Shown: one piece after another, positions 40,399-51,931 of the stretch | How the letters are laid out: each line of letters begins with the position of its first letter | How positions within the stretch are numbered: position 1 is the stretch's first letter | NCBI GenBank assembly: GCA_048571215.1 | Contig: CP182352.1 | Location: forward strand, 448,001 to 512,000 | From: Halarcobacter sp. | Lineage (GTDB): Bacteria; Campylobacterota; Campylobacteria; Campylobacterales; Arcobacteraceae | DNA length: 64,000 nucleotides | Direction of reading: 5' to 3' | Position numbers and translations under genes: made by a program | The notes under the pieces: model-generated | Seen by the model: the letters and a program-made list of their open reading frames with translations, nothing else | Told to the model about the DNA's origin: nothing | Databases searched by the model: none

Positions 40399-41422
40399 TA
40401 ATACCTTTCACTAAATAATATTTTACATCAAAAGATAATATATCGTTACATCTAGGACATCTAGTATCAAAAATTGGATGGGTATGTTTACATGAAGTGC
40501 AGATAAATTCAAAATCAACAGTTGCAGGAACTTTATGCTCGTGAGCATTTAAAGCTATAAGTACATCAAAAACAAAATCATCACTATGTTTTACACTTGT
40601 TAAATAGCCTTTTGCACTATATAATTCATTTAAAAATTGATTATTTGAAACCTTATCAAAATCTATATCATCAAAATTTAGATACCATAAGATATCAACA
40701 ATTTTTTTTAAATCAAATTCATTTAGATGTTGCCAAAAAAACTCTTTGTTGTATTGGATAAAATATTGTACAGCTAATCTTTGAATTAGAGGATTTTCTT
40801 TAAATAAACTATATAGTTTTTCCCCTTTTTTTTCAAAAGATTCTATTGGGTCATTTATTATGATTAGGGCATCTATAAATATCTTGTCTTTTTTTGTTTC
40901 AACTTTTAATTCATCTAAACATTCAACTATCTCTTTTGATTGTGTATACTCTTTTAATTTTTCACTGATTATTAATAGATGTTTTAATGCTTTTGTATTT
41001 CTTGGAGAAAATTTTAAAATTCTTAAAAATATCTCCCTTGATCTTTGTAAAAAACCACCTTTAAAATAGGTAGTTCCAAGTAGTTCTAAAACCTCTTCTT
41101 TTTTAACTCTATCTGTTACATGTTCTAAAAGTGCTAGATATACAGAGGTTGCTTTATTATAATCACCCTTATGTAAAAATGTCGAAGCTAAAAGTAAAAT
41201 AGAGTCAAAAGGTAGATTGTAAGTTTTATATAGATGTACATAATCCTCCTCTTTTAATTTACCTATTTCAAATCTTTTTAGAAGCTTTCTATAATCTCTT
41301 CTTGCACGTTTTTCTTTGTAAAGTCCAAAAGAGTAGGTTATAAAAGATATAAAAAAGACAAGAGCAAATAGTATGATTATTCCAAATAGGGGATCTCTGT
41401 ACTCTAAAACTAAACTATCCAA
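40373..41422 (-). CDS. TPR protein with C-terminal Zn ribbon (LapB-like)
   Basis: N-terminal TM, TPR helices, CTSC...CPRC. Probable TTG start at 41422 after AAGGA. Confidence 0.8.
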   Translation of the reverse strand: MDSLVLEYRDPLFGIIILFALVFFISFITYSFGLYKEKRARRDYRKLLKRFEIGKLKEEDYVHLYKTYNLPFDSILLLASTFLHKGDYNKATSVYLALLEHVTDRVKKEEVLELLGTTYFKGGFLQRSREIFLRILKFSPRNTKALKHLLIISEKLKEYTQSKEIVECLDELKVETKKDKIFIDALIIINDPIESFEKKGEKLYSLFKENPLIQRLAVQYFIQYNKEFFWQHLNEFDLKKIVDILWYLNFDDIDFDKVSNNQFLNELYSAKGYLTSVKHSDDFVFDVLIALNAHEHKVPATVDFEFICTSCKHTHPIFDTRCPRCNDILSFDVKYYLVKGISETNQSLQ

Positions 41423-41499
41423 TAAAATCCTTATATGATTGTTTAAAATAAATATAACATAAAAGGGCATACAAAATAATAAAAGGGTATAATTTTTGA

Positions 41500-43137
41500 A
41501 TGATTACAAAAGACTCGATAGAAAATCTTAAAAACCATCTTGATGTTGTTGATGTTGTTTCCCAATTTATTGAATTAAAAAAGAGTGGAGCAAACTTTAA
41601 AGCCTGCTGTCCTTTTCATGGAGAAAGTACACCTTCCTTTGTGGTAAGTCCAGCAAAACAGATATATCATTGTTTTGGCTGTGGAGTAGGGGGAGACTCT
41701 ATAAAATTTGTTATGGAATATGAAAAACTTTCATATCCTGAGGCTATAGAAAAACTAGCTTCAATGTATAGTGTATCTTTAGATTATGATAATAACAATA
41801 ATGAAAAAAAACAAAATTTAAAGATTTTAGAAGATGTAAATAAATTTTATCAAAAACTTTTTGTAAATAATGGCATAGCAAAAGAGTATATTCATAAAAG
41901 AGGTATTTCGGAGTTTTCTGTTGAAAAGTTTGAGATTGGTTATGCCCCAAGTTCTGCTGATACTTTAAATTTTTTAAAAAACAATTATTATAACTTAGCA
42001 GAAGCAAAAGAGTTGGGAATTATTGATACCGGAACAAATGGCTTATACTCAAGATTTATTGAAAGAATCACTTTCCCTATATATTCACTAAATGGAAAAA
42101 TTGTAGGTTTTGGTGGTAGAACAATAACAGGACACAATGCAAAATATGTAAACTCACCCCAAAGCAAAGTTTTCAATAAATCAAAGCTTTTATATGGTTA
42201 TAACATAGCTAAAGAGAATATATATAAAAAAAATAGAATAATTATAACCGAAGGGTATTTAGATGTAATAATGCTTCATCAAGCAGGTTTTAACACAGCT
42301 GTTGCAACCTTAGGAACAGCATTAACAAAAGAACATTTACCTTTAATTAGAAGAGGTGAACCTCAAGTTATTGTGGCATATGATGGTGATAATGCTGGAT
42401 TAAATGCTGCTTTTAAAGCTTCTGTTATGTTAAGTCAAGGTGAATTTGAGGGTGGTGTTATAATTTTTGGTGAAGGTAAAGACCCAGCTGATATGGTAAA
42501 AGATGGGAGAATTGAAGAGTTAAATACTATTTTTTCAAGTCCAAAACCCTTTATCCCCTTTGCAATAGATTATATAATTTCAAAATATGATATAAATAAT
42601 CCAAACCAAAAACAAAAAGCACTTTTAGAAACAAATGAATACTTAAAATCCTTAGGGATTATTTATCAAGATGAGTATAAAAGATATATTGCCCAAAAAC
42701 TTAATATAAGAGAAAACCTAGTAAAAGTAAGTACTGATGTGATTAGAAAAAAAGAGGTAAATCTTACAAAAATAGATATAGCAGAGCTTTGTATAATAAA
42801 ATCAATTTTAGAAAAACCACAAAGACTTGATAGTGTTTTAGATATAGTTGACTCTACAATGTTTGAACATCATAGAAACGAATTTGAATTACTTTTAGAA
42901 GATATCAATAACCAAAGTTTAAATGGGATAATTTTAAATGAAAAGTTAGAATCATATGATGATGAAAGATTAAATAATGAGTTGATTGTTCTTTTACATA
43001 AATTTTATAGTAAAAAATTAACTTCTATTAAATATGATAATAACTTGAATCTAAAAGAGAAAGGCTTGCTTTTAAGAAAGGTTCAAGATAGCCTTAGACA
43101 ATTAAAACTTGGTAAATTAGTAAGTTATAATCTATAA
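41500..43137 (+). CDS. dnaG: DNA primase
   Basis: CPFHGE...CFGC Zn finger, KYVNSP, EGYLD, AYDGD. Confidence 0.97.
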   Translation: MITKDSIENLKNHLDVVDVVSQFIELKKSGANFKACCPFHGESTPSFVVSPAKQIYHCFGCGVGGDSIKFVMEYEKLSYPEAIEKLASMYSVSLDYDNNNNEKKQNLKILEDVNKFYQKLFVNNGIAKEYIHKRGISEFSVEKFEIGYAPSSADTLNFLKNNYYNLAEAKELGIIDTGTNGLYSRFIERITFPIYSLNGKIVGFGGRTITGHNAKYVNSPQSKVFNKSKLLYGYNIAKENIYKKNRIIITEGYLDVIMLHQAGFNTAVATLGTALTKEHLPLIRRGEPQVIVAYDGDNAGLNAAFKASVMLSQGEFEGGVIIFGEGKDPADMVKDGRIEELNTIFSSPKPFIPFAIDYIISKYDINNPNQKQKALLETNEYLKSLGIIYQDEYKRYIAQKLNIRENLVKVSTDVIRKKEVNLTKIDIAELCIIKSILEKPQRLDSVLDIVDSTMFEHHRNEFELLLEDINNQSLNGIILNEKLESYDDERLNNELIVLLHKFYSKKLTSIKYDNNLNLKEKGLLLRKVQDSLRQLKLGKLVSYNL

Positions 43138-43198
43138 TTTATTGAAAATCTATATTATTTTTTGTAGAATTTGTAAAATTTAAAAATAGGAATTATTA

Positions 43199-43582
43199 AT
43201 GGAAATTATTGAATCAAGTAATGCACCAGCTGCAATCGGTCCATATTCACAAGCAATAAAAGTAAATGGACTTATATATACTTCTGGACAAATTCCCTTA
43301 ACTCCTGATGGAGAGTTAGTTGAAAGGGATATCAAAAAACAAACAAGACAAGTTTTAGAAAATTTAAGAAATATTTTAGAAGATGCCAAAAGTGGTTTAG
43401 ATAAAGTTGTAAAAGTTACAATTTTTTTAGATAATATGGATGATTTTGCTATTGTAAATGTACTTTATGCAGAAGCTTTTGGAGATCATAAACCCGTTAG
43501 AAGTACTGTTGCTGTTAAAACTTTGCCAAAAAATGTTTTGGTTGAAATGGATGCAATTGCATTACCATACGATTATTGCTAA
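43199..43582 (+). CDS. ridA: RidA family enamine/imine deaminase
   Basis: APAAIGPYSQA, SGQIP, PVRS, LPK. Confidence 0.92.
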   Translation: MEIIESSNAPAAIGPYSQAIKVNGLIYTSGQIPLTPDGELVERDIKKQTRQVLENLRNILEDAKSGLDKVVKVTIFLDNMDDFAIVNVLYAEAFGDHKPVRSTVAVKTLPKNVLVEMDAIALPYDYC

Positions 43583-43683
43583 AATATATTCGCTTAAAGA
43601 AAGTTTAAACTAAAATTAGCTAGTATTTCGTCCCGTTAAATAGATAAGTTAATAAAAGATTGATAAAAACAGAGGATAGAAGT

Positions 43684-44001
43684 ATGTACGCAATTATTAA
43701 GTGTGGTGGTAAACAGTATAAAGTAACTGAGGGTGATATCTTAGATATTGATTATACTGGTCAAGCTGCTAAAGAAACTCTTGAAATCACAGATGTTTTA
43801 GCTGTAAATGATGGTGAGTTAAAAACTGGTGATGCTGTTTCTGCTGCTAAAGTAGAAGCTGAGGTTGTATTAGATGGAACTGGTGTAAATAGAGGAAGAA
43901 AAGTAATCATTTACAAAAAAAGAAGAAGAAAAGATTCTAAGTTAAAAAGAGGTTTTAGAAAAAGCTTCACTAAAATTAGAATTACTAAAATTGCAGCATA
44001 G
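43684..44001 (+). CDS. rplU: 50S ribosomal protein L21
   Basis: [17 protein letters not shown] at 43684. Confidence 0.97.
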   Translation: MYAIIKCGGKQYKVTEGDILDIDYTGQAAKETLEITDVLAVNDGELKTGDAVSAAKVEAEVVLDGTGVNRGRKVIIYKKRRRKDSKLKRGFRKSFTKIRITKIAA

Positions 44002-44011
44002 GAGATAGGTT

Positions 44012-44269
44012 ATGGCTCACAAGAAAGGTCAGGGAAGTACACAGAATAATAGAGATTCAGCTGGTAGAAGACTTGGTGTTAAAAAGTTTGGTGGTGAAGC
44101 AGTTAGAGCTGGAAATATCATCATTAGACAAAGAGGAACTAAAGTTCATGTTGGCGAAAATGTAGGTATTGGTAAAGACCATACTATTTATGCACTTATT
44201 GATGGTGTTGTAAAATTTGAAGTAAAAGACAAAGACAGAAAAAAAGTTTCAGTTTACGCTGCTTCATAG
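44012..44269 (+). CDS. rpmA: 50S ribosomal protein L27
   Basis: [16 protein letters not shown]. Confidence 0.98.
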   Translation: MAHKKGQGSTQNNRDSAGRRLGVKKFGGEAVRAGNIIIRQRGTKVHVGENVGIGKDHTIYALIDGVVKFEVKDKDRKKVSVYAAS

Positions 44270-44291
44270 TATTTATTGGTTTTAATTCATT

Positions 44292-44327
44292 AAAGGGTGT
44301 AGGGTATTTGCCTGCACCCTTTTTTTA
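44292..44327 (+). terminator. Rho-independent terminator after rpmA
   Basis: AAAGGGTGTAGG...CCTGCACCCTTTTTTT. Confidence 0.8.
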
Positions 44328-44342
44328 TTTAAGGAGTTTGTT

Positions 44343-45437
44343 GTGTTTATTGATAGTGTAAAATTCACTTTATCATCAGGTAAAGGTGGTCAAGGTTGTT
44401 CATCTTTTAGAAGAGAAAAGTTTGTAATAAAGGGTGGACCTGATGGAGGAGATGGTGGTAAAGGTGGAGATGTAGTATTTGTAGTTGATAATAATACAGA
44501 TACACTATCATGGTATAAAGGTCGTAATATTTTAAAAGCCGATAATGGAAAACCAGGTGAGGGTAGAAGAAAAAGTGGAAAATCTGCTCAAGCCTTGATT
44601 CTTTCTGTTCCTCCTGGAACTCAAGTTATTGATAATGAAACAGATGAGGTTTTATTAGATTTACTTGAAGAGGGAGAAAAGGTACTATTCTTAGAAGGTG
44701 GAAAAGGTGGTTTAGGTAATACTCACTTTAAAAATTCACGTAATCAAAGACCAACATACTTTCAACCAGGACTTCCAGGAGTTACTAAAGAGATAAGATT
44801 AGAGTTAAAACTTATTGCAGATGTGGGATTAGTGGGATATCCAAATGTTGGAAAATCAACACTAATCTCAACTTTATCAAATGCCAGTCCTGAAATAGCA
44901 AACTATGAGTTTACAACCCTAACTCCAAAACTTGGAGTTGTTGAAGTGGGTGAGTATAACTCATTTGTGATGGCTGATATCCCAGGTATTATAGATGGTG
45001 CCAGTGATGGAAAAGGTTTAGGACTAGAGTTTTTAAGACATATTGAAAGAACTAAAACTTTATTATTTATGATAGATGTTTCTAATTTTAGAACGATAAA
45101 AGATCAATTTGATGTTTTAAAAGAGGAAGTTAAAAAGTTCTCAGAAGAGCTTTCAACAAGAAACTTTGCAATTGCATTAACTAAAATTGATGCTTATTAT
45201 GGGGAAGATTTAAATAATGATATTATAAAATTCATAGAAGATTTAGGTTTAGAAGCCACTTCTGTCAATGAATATGGTTTTGATACTACTTTACCATATT
45301 ATGTACAAGATTTAACCCATTCGAAATTTGATGAGAGTAAACCATTTTTTGTATTGCCATTATCATCGGTGACGCATTTAAATACAAAATCTATTGTATT
45401 CTCATTATATGAATTAATAGGACAAAACAAAAAATGA
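44343..45437 (+). CDS. obgE: GTPase ObgE
   Basis: [25 protein letters not shown]. Confidence 0.97.
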   Translation: MFIDSVKFTLSSGKGGQGCSSFRREKFVIKGGPDGGDGGKGGDVVFVVDNNTDTLSWYKGRNILKADNGKPGEGRRKSGKSAQALILSVPPGTQVIDNETDEVLLDLLEEGEKVLFLEGGKGGLGNTHFKNSRNQRPTYFQPGLPGVTKEIRLELKLIADVGLVGYPNVGKSTLISTLSNASPEIANYEFTTLTPKLGVVEVGEYNSFVMADIPGIIDGASDGKGLGLEFLRHIERTKTLLFMIDVSNFRTIKDQFDVLKEEVKKFSEELSTRNFAIALTKIDAYYGEDLNNDIIKFIEDLGLEATSVNEYGFDTTLPYYVQDLTHSKFDESKPFFVLPLSSVTHLNTKSIVFSLYELIGQNKK

Positions 45438-46228
45438 TGGAAAAAAGTGAAATTTCCCTTGCAAACAAAAGAATAGTTATTAAGGTTGGAAGTGCAGTAT
45501 TAAGAGAGCATGATATCTTAGCAGTGGAAAGACTTAATAACTTAGTAGATTTAATCTCAAAATTAAAAAATGAAAAAAAATCAGAAGTTATCCTAGTCTC
45601 ATCAGGTGCAGTTGCAGCTGGAAACACTGTACTTAACTTAGATAGAAAAAAAGTTTTAAATAGACAAGCCTTAGCAGCTATTGGTCAACCTTTATTAATG
45701 AAACATTATAAAAAAAGATTTGCAGAACATGAATTGAAATGTGCTCAAATGCTTTTAGTTGCAGAAGATTTTGATTCAAGAAAAAGATCAAAAAATGCAA
45801 AAGGGGTGATGGAAATTTTACTTGCTAATAATATAATTCCAATTTTAAATGAAAATGATGTTATTGCAAACCAAGAACTTTTAATTGGGGATAATGACCA
45901 ATTAGGTGCCCATGCTACCCATTTTTTTGATGCAGATTTATTAGCAATCTTATCTGATGTTGATGGTTTATACGATTCAAATCCACATGAAAATCCACAT
46001 GCAAAAATGAGACATATTGTTAATAGTATAGAAGAAGAAGATTTAAAGATGAAACATACACCAAATTCTGAATTTGCAACAGGTGGAATTGTAACAAAAT
46101 TAAAAGCGGCAGATTTTTTATTAAAAAGAGATAGAATGATGTATCTAAGTTCTGGATTTGATTTGAAAAATGCATATGATTTCTTGGTTGAAAATAAACA
46201 TACAAGTGGAACATTATTTAAAAAATAA
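45434..46228 (+). CDS. proB: Glutamate 5-kinase (no PUA domain)
   Basis: [29 protein letters not shown]. Confidence 0.95.
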   Translation: MMEKSEISLANKRIVIKVGSAVLREHDILAVERLNNLVDLISKLKNEKKSEVILVSSGAVAAGNTVLNLDRKKVLNRQALAAIGQPLLMKHYKKRFAEHELKCAQMLLVAEDFDSRKRSKNAKGVMEILLANNIIPILNENDVIANQELLIGDNDQLGAHATHFFDADLLAILSDVDGLYDSNPHENPHAKMRHIVNSIEEEDLKMKHTPNSEFATGGIVTKLKAADFLLKRDRMMYLSSGFDLKNAYDFLVENKHTSGTLFKK

Positions 46229-46231
46229 GGG

Positions 46232-47158
46232 TTGATGATGGCTAAAAGAGTTATATTTATGGGAACACCAGACTATGCAACAAGGATTTTTGATGAACTT
46301 ATAAAAAGTTCATATGAGATTGTTGCTTTGTTTACCCAGCCAGATAAACCTGTTGGAAGAAAACAGCTTATAACCCCTCCTCATATCAAACAATATTGTA
46401 TTGACAATGATTTGTCTCTAGCAATTTATCAACCTGAAAAACTTAGAAACAATAAAGATGTTGAAGAGATAATAAAAAATTTAAAACCAGACTTTATAAT
46501 TGTTGCTGCCTATGGACAAATACTTCCTAAAGAGATTTTAGATATAGCCCCTTGTATAAACTTACATGCTTCACTTCTACCAAAATATAGAGGAGCAAGT
46601 CCTATTCAAGAGGCATTACTAAAAGATGATAAATATACAGGTGTTACTTCAATGCTTATGGAAGAGGGTCTTGATAGTGGAGATATTTTAGCTTTACAGT
46701 ATCTAAAAATAACTACAACAATGGAAGTGGCTCAAGCTTTTGATAAATTATCAGATATTGCAGCTAAACTTACAATTACAACTTTAGATAATTTTGAGAA
46801 GATCAAGCCTAAAAAACAAAATGAAGCAGAAGTAAGTTTTTGTAAAAAGATAAAAAAAGAGCATGGGAAAGTTGATTTTTTAGATGCAAAAAAACTTTAT
46901 TTAAAATATAAGGCTTATTCATATTGGCCAGGGATATTTTTAGATTCAGGATTAAAATTAAAAGATATAGAACTTATAGAAACTGATTCTAAAAACAATC
47001 CAGGGGAAATATTAAATATAGATAAGCACTCTATAACAATAGCTTGTGAACATGGGAGTTTAAAAATCTCAACAATTCAAGCACCTTCAAAAAAAGCAGT
47101 AAAAGCTACAGATTATATTAGAGGTCAAAGATTAAATCTTGGAGATATTTTAAGTTAA
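46232..47158 (+). CDS. fmt: Methionyl-tRNA formyltransferase
   Basis: FMGTPDY, TQPDKPVGR, NLHASLLPKYRGASP. Confidence 0.97.
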   Translation: MMMAKRVIFMGTPDYATRIFDELIKSSYEIVALFTQPDKPVGRKQLITPPHIKQYCIDNDLSLAIYQPEKLRNNKDVEEIIKNLKPDFIIVAAYGQILPKEILDIAPCINLHASLLPKYRGASPIQEALLKDDKYTGVTSMLMEEGLDSGDILALQYLKITTTMEVAQAFDKLSDIAAKLTITTLDNFEKIKPKKQNEAEVSFCKKIKKEHGKVDFLDAKKLYLKYKAYSYWPGIFLDSGLKLKDIELIETDSKNNPGEILNIDKHSITIACEHGSLKISTIQAPSKKAVKATDYIRGQRLNLGDILS

Positions 47159-47201
47159 TATTCGTATAATGATATAAGAAATTATCATTAAGTAGATTAT
47201 T

Positions 47202-48596
47202 ATGAAAACAGAAGATGACTCATCTAGCCTTTGTGATATAGGCTTATTTAATATAAATGATTTTGATGTTTTACTTCATGAAATATTAAAACAAACTAGA
47301 GATATACTTCATTCTGAGGCTGGAAGCATTTATATATGCGAAAAAGAAGCTTTATGTTTTAATGTTTTCCAAAATGATTTAATGTCCTATGAAAATATTT
47401 ACAAACATTTTTATTCCCTCAAAGATTTAAAATTACCACTTAGTGAAGGTGAAAAATATCTAGCAGTAGAATCTTTTTTATCCAATAAAATAATTGCAAT
47501 AGATGATGTTTATAAAGCAGATAGCTATGACTTTTTAGGTGTTAAAGAGTTTGATAAGAAGTTTGCTTATAAAACACACTCTATTATAACTATCCCTATT
47601 GTATATCCTTTAGAAAATAAAAAACTTGGTGTTTTACAGTTATTAAATAAAAAAGTTGACGGGGAGTTAGTATCTTATGATGATAAAGATAAAAAGATGC
47701 TAAGTATGATAAGTTCATTTATTGCACTATCTATATATAAAGCTCAAAGTGATATAGAAAAGTTAAAAAAATTAAATGCACAGCTAGAAATAGCAAATGA
47801 AAAATTACAAAAAAGGGTTGATAAAGAAGTAAGAGAGAGTGAAAAAAAATCTGCAATAATTTTTCATCAATCAAAGCTTGCATCTTTAGGTGAAATGATT
47901 AGAAATATTGCCCATCAGTGGAGACAACCACTAAATTCTATAAGTGCAGCTGCAAGTGGACTTAGTATTAATATTGAGTTGGGCAATTGTAATAATGAAG
48001 ATATTAAAAAAGGTTTAAGAAATATTGTGACTACAACTCAACACTTATCTCAAACAATTGATGACTTTAGAAACTTTTATAAACTTGATAAAATCCAAAG
48101 TGATTTTAACTTAGCAAAAAATATCTTATCAAGTATATCTATAATACAAGCAGCTTTATTGGAAAATCAGATTGTTGTTCATACAAATTTAGATAAAGAT
48201 ATAAATTTATATGGATATGAAAATGAATTAAAACAAGCAATATTAAATATCATTCAAAACTCAAAAGATGCTATTTTGGAAAAAATACCACTTAATAAGC
48301 CAAGATTGATTTTTATCAATTTAAAAAAAACAGTTAATTCTATTTTAATTGAAATAAAAGATAATGGGAATGGAATTTCAGAAAATATAATAAAAAAAGT
48401 ATTTAATCAAAACTTTACAACTAAAAATAGAACAGGTGGTTCAGGAATAGGTCTTTATATGACAAAAGAGATTATTGAAAAACATATGAAAGGAGATATT
48501 TCTATAAAAAATGAAAAGTATGTATTCAATAATCAAAAATATAAAGGGGCAGTAATTACAATAAAATTTAATTTAGAAAATAGTAAAACCCAGTAA
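47202..48596 (+). CDS. Cytoplasmic GAF-domain sensor histidine kinase
   Basis: GAF (FDKKFAYKTHS, GVLQLLNK), NIAHQWRQPL, DNGNG, GSGIGL. Confidence 0.9.
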   Translation: MKTEDDSSSLCDIGLFNINDFDVLLHEILKQTRDILHSEAGSIYICEKEALCFNVFQNDLMSYENIYKHFYSLKDLKLPLSEGEKYLAVESFLSNKIIAIDDVYKADSYDFLGVKEFDKKFAYKTHSIITIPIVYPLENKKLGVLQLLNKKVDGELVSYDDKDKKMLSMISSFIALSIYKAQSDIEKLKKLNAQLEIANEKLQKRVDKEVRESEKKSAIIFHQSKLASLGEMIRNIAHQWRQPLNSISAAASGLSINIELGNCNNEDIKKGLRNIVTTTQHLSQTIDDFRNFYKLDKIQSDFNLAKNILSSISIIQAALLENQIVVHTNLDKDINLYGYENELKQAILNIIQNSKDAILEKIPLNKPRLIFINLKKTVNSILIEIKDNGNGISENIIKKVFNQNFTTKNRTGGSGIGLYMTKEIIEKHMKGDISIKNEKYVFNNQKYKGAVITIKFNLENSKTQ

Positions 48597-49461
48597 CACT
48601 AAGTAAAGATATTAATACTCCAAATACTAAAGCATTTATTGCCAACCTTTCATCTAATCCACCTTTTATAGCTAAGACAACTGCCATAGTCATAGGTGGC
48701 ATTGCAACTTCAAGGATGGTTGTTTTACTCCAAGTATCATCAAGATTATAAAAAATAGAAAATAATACTAATACAATCACCGGAACAATCAACATTTTTA
48801 CAAGTATTGCAAAACTAACAACTTTTACTTTATAAAAGATATTTTTTACTTCAAGTTTCATACCAATTGCTATCATTGCTATTGGAACCAAGGTTGAACC
48901 TATAGTTCCCATAGTATTCATTATAAACTCTGGTACAATAAAAAGTTTAGAAATTATAGTTATAAAGAACATAATTATAGGTGGAAAAAATAATACACTT
49001 TTTACAATACCTTTTATATTTACATGTTGACCACTTCCCCAATTTATTATAATCATCCCTAAACTCACTAATAGCAAGAATGAACCAAATAGGTCATAAA
49101 TAAGAGCATATACAACATAATCTTGTCCATAAAAAGAATCAATATATGAAAAACCAATAAAAGAAGTATTTCCAAAAGTTGCAACTATCATAAAAGTAGC
49201 TAAGGTTTTTTTATCAAGTTTTAAAAATTTTCCAACATAGTATGAGATTAGAAGATTAACTAGAATAATACAATTGAACATAAATATAAGTCCTAGAGTT
49301 GTTTCATTTAACTCAAGTGGATATATTTTATAAAATACAATTGCTGGAAGTGAAAAATATATTACAAATTCTACTAACTCTTTTGAATTATCTTTAAAAA
49401 ATATTTTAAAAAGATATCCAAAAAGTAAATAAAGTGCTATAGGAAGAACTGGGTCAAGCAT
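48568..49461 (-). CDS. AEC family transporter
   Basis: YFSLPA, FGNTSFIG, AMPPM; multiple TMs. Confidence 0.88.
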   Translation of the reverse strand: MLDPVLPIALYLLFGYLFKIFFKDNSKELVEFVIYFSLPAIVFYKIYPLELNETTLGLIFMFNCIILVNLLISYYVGKFLKLDKKTLATFMIVATFGNTSFIGFSYIDSFYGQDYVVYALIYDLFGSFLLLVSLGMIIINWGSGQHVNIKGIVKSVLFFPPIIMFFITIISKLFIVPEFIMNTMGTIGSTLVPIAMIAIGMKLEVKNIFYKVKVVSFAILVKMLIVPVIVLVLFSIFYNLDDTWSKTTILEVAMPPMTMAVVLAIKGGLDERLAINALVFGVLISLLSVTGFYYFLN

Positions 49462-49532
49462 AAACTCTCTTTTTTATAAGATTGTAATTAATTATTTCTT
49501 GAAAAGATATTAGATATTATGTATAATCTCAC

Positions 49533-50168
49533 ATGCAAATAATATTTTTAGAAAAAGTCGACTCAACACACACATATTTAAAAGAGCTAATAAAAAGTGA
49601 AGCATATACAAAACCTTTATGTATTGCTACAGATCTTCAAACCCAAGGAATAGGAAGTAGAGGAAATACATGGCAAGGGAAAAAAGGAAATCTATTTTTT
49701 TCATTTGTTCTTGAAAAAGCACTTTTGCCTATAGATTTACAATTACAAAGTGCTTCAATATATTTTTCTTTTATATTAAAGGAGTTTTTGTCTTCTTTAG
49801 GTTCGAAAATTTGGCTTAAGTGGCCCAATGATTTTTATATAGAAGATAAAAAAATTGGAGGAACTATAACCACAGCAACTAAAGATTTGATATATTGTGG
49901 GATTGGGCTAAATTTGGTAAATGTAGATAAGTCTTATGGAAAACTAGATATAAAAATAGAAATAAAAAACTTATTAAAAAATTATTTTGAAACTTTAGAA
50001 AAATATCCAACTTGGAAGGATATTTTTAGTGAGTTTAAGATAGAATTTCATAGAAGCAAAAATTTCCAAGCAACATTAGAAAATAAAAAAGTTTCATTAG
50101 AAAAAGCCACTTTGAATGAAGATGGTTCTATACAAATTGATAATACAAAGGTATTTAGTTTAAGATGA
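49533..50168 (+). CDS. birA: Biotin--protein ligase
   Basis: QTQGIGSRGNTW, KWPND, KIGG, GIGLN. Confidence 0.95.
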   Translation: MQIIFLEKVDSTHTYLKELIKSEAYTKPLCIATDLQTQGIGSRGNTWQGKKGNLFFSFVLEKALLPIDLQLQSASIYFSFILKEFLSSLGSKIWLKWPNDFYIEDKKIGGTITTATKDLIYCGIGLNLVNVDKSYGKLDIKIEIKNLLKNYFETLEKYPTWKDIFSEFKIEFHRSKNFQATLENKKVSLEKATLNEDGSIQIDNTKVFSLR

Positions 50169-50941
50169 CAGAGGTAATTGCAATAGCAAATCAAAAAGGT
50201 GGTGTTGGTAAAACAACAACTGCCGTTAATTTAAGTGCAGCACTAGCACTTGAGGGTAAAAAAGTTTTATTGATTGATGCAGATCCCCAAGCAAATGCTA
50301 CAACTTCTTTAGGTTTCCATAGGGATACATATGAGTATAATATATACCACGTTATGTTAGGAACAAAAGAGTTAAATGAGATAATTTTAGATAGTGAAAT
50401 TGAAAATTTAAAAGTTGCACCATCTAATATTGGACTTGTAGGGATTGAAAAAGAGTTCTATAAAAATATAAAAGATAGAGAGTTAGTTTTAAAAAGAAAA
50501 ATTGACCCAATTAAAAAAGATTTTGATTATATAATTATAGATTCACCTCCTGCTTTAGGACCTATTACAATTAATACACTTAGTGCATCAACTTCTGTAT
50601 TAATTCCTATACAATGTGAATTCTTTGCATTAGAAGGTCTTGCACAATTATTAAACACAATTAAACTAGTAAAACAAACAATAAATAGACAATTACAAAT
50701 TAGAGGTTTTTTACCAACTATGTATAGTTCACAAAATAATCTATCTAAACAAGTATTTGCAGACTTAGCTCAACATTTTGAAAACAAACTATTTAAAGTT
50801 GATGAGAGTTCTTATGTAGTTATACCAAGAAATATTAAACTTGCAGAGTCTCCAAGTTTTGGAAAACCTATTATGCTATATGATTCAGCAGCAGTTGGTA
50901 CAAAAGCTTATACTAACTTAGCTCGTGCAATAGCAGGTTAA
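50165..50941 (+). CDS. parA: Chromosome partitioning ATPase ParA
   Basis: NQKGGVGKTT, DPQANAT, DSPP, ESPSFG. Confidence 0.96.
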   Translation: MTEVIAIANQKGGVGKTTTAVNLSAALALEGKKVLLIDADPQANATTSLGFHRDTYEYNIYHVMLGTKELNEIILDSEIENLKVAPSNIGLVGIEKEFYKNIKDRELVLKRKIDPIKKDFDYIIIDSPPALGPITINTLSASTSVLIPIQCEFFALEGLAQLLNTIKLVKQTINRQLQIRGFLPTMYSSQNNLSKQVFADLAQHFENKLFKVDESSYVVIPRNIKLAESPSFGKPIMLYDSAAVGTKAYTNLARAIAG

Positions 50942-50963
50942 TTTTAAATTTAGGATTATTCAA

Positions 50964-51827
50964 ATGGCATTAGGAAGAGGATTAGGCGAATTATTAGGAG
51001 AGGTTGAAACAGCATATGGGAACTCAAATAAGAGTTCTAAAAGTGGTGTAATTGAACTAGATGTTAATAAGATTAAACCAAATCCCAGTCAACCTAGAAG
51101 AATTTTTGATGAAGATAAATTAAAAGAGTTATCTGAATCTATCCTTGCCCATGGACTTATCCAACCAATCTCTGTATTTGAATCTGATGATGATACATAT
51201 ACTTTAATTGCAGGGGAGAGAAGACTTAGAGCTCACAAGTTAGCTAACTTAGAAGTTATTAAAGCCATTATTGTTGATATTGAAGAGTTTAGGCTAAGAG
51301 AGTTAGCATTAATTGAAAATATCCAAAGAGATGATTTAAATGTTATTGAGTTAGCTTATTCTTACGCTCAATTAATTAATGAACATAATATTACCCATGA
51401 AGAGTTATCAAAAAGAGTATTTAAAAGTAGGACATCTATTACAAATACATTAAGACTTTTACAACTATCTTCATATGTACAACAAATGCTTGCAAATGAT
51501 AAAATCAGTGCAGGACATGCAAAAGTGTTATTAGGTCTGGATGAAGATACACAAAAGAAAGTTGCAGATTCTATATCTGGGCAAAAGCTTTCAGTAAGAG
51601 AAACAGAAGTTCTAGTTAGAGACCTAAAAGCAAGTGAAAAAAAAGGTGAGAAGAAAAGTAACAAAACAAAAAAACAAAATTTCGATTTTTCTCCACTTAA
51701 GAATACCCTTGAAACCCTACAAAAATCTAAATTGAAAGTAAAAGCCGAAAAGAACTATTTTAAGATAGAAATACGCTCACAAGAAGACATTGAGAAGATT
51801 TCTAATTACTTTGGTAACACTTTGTAA
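50964..51827 (+). CDS. parB: Chromosome partitioning protein ParB
   Basis: LGRGL, QPRR, AGERRLRA, ENIQRDDL. Confidence 0.96.
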   Translation: MALGRGLGELLGEVETAYGNSNKSSKSGVIELDVNKIKPNPSQPRRIFDEDKLKELSESILAHGLIQPISVFESDDDTYTLIAGERRLRAHKLANLEVIKAIIVDIEEFRLRELALIENIQRDDLNVIELAYSYAQLINEHNITHEELSKRVFKSRTSITNTLRLLQLSSYVQQMLANDKISAGHAKVLLGLDEDTQKKVADSISGQKLSVRETEVLVRDLKASEKKGEKKSNKTKKQNFDFSPLKNTLETLQKSKLKVKAEKNYFKIEIRSQEDIEKISNYFGNTL

Positions 51828-51931
51828 TTTTCTTTTGCTAAATTACCCATTTTAATAAAATTTTATAAATTCTTTCGATAAAATATAAGCAGTTTTAGTC
51901 AAACTAAACTGTAAAAAATATGGAGGAATGA

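Noticed and set aside
47202..48596. Orphan GAF histidine kinase
   Set aside because: Orphan kinases of this subfamily are common in this lineage, and the catalytic motifs are intact.
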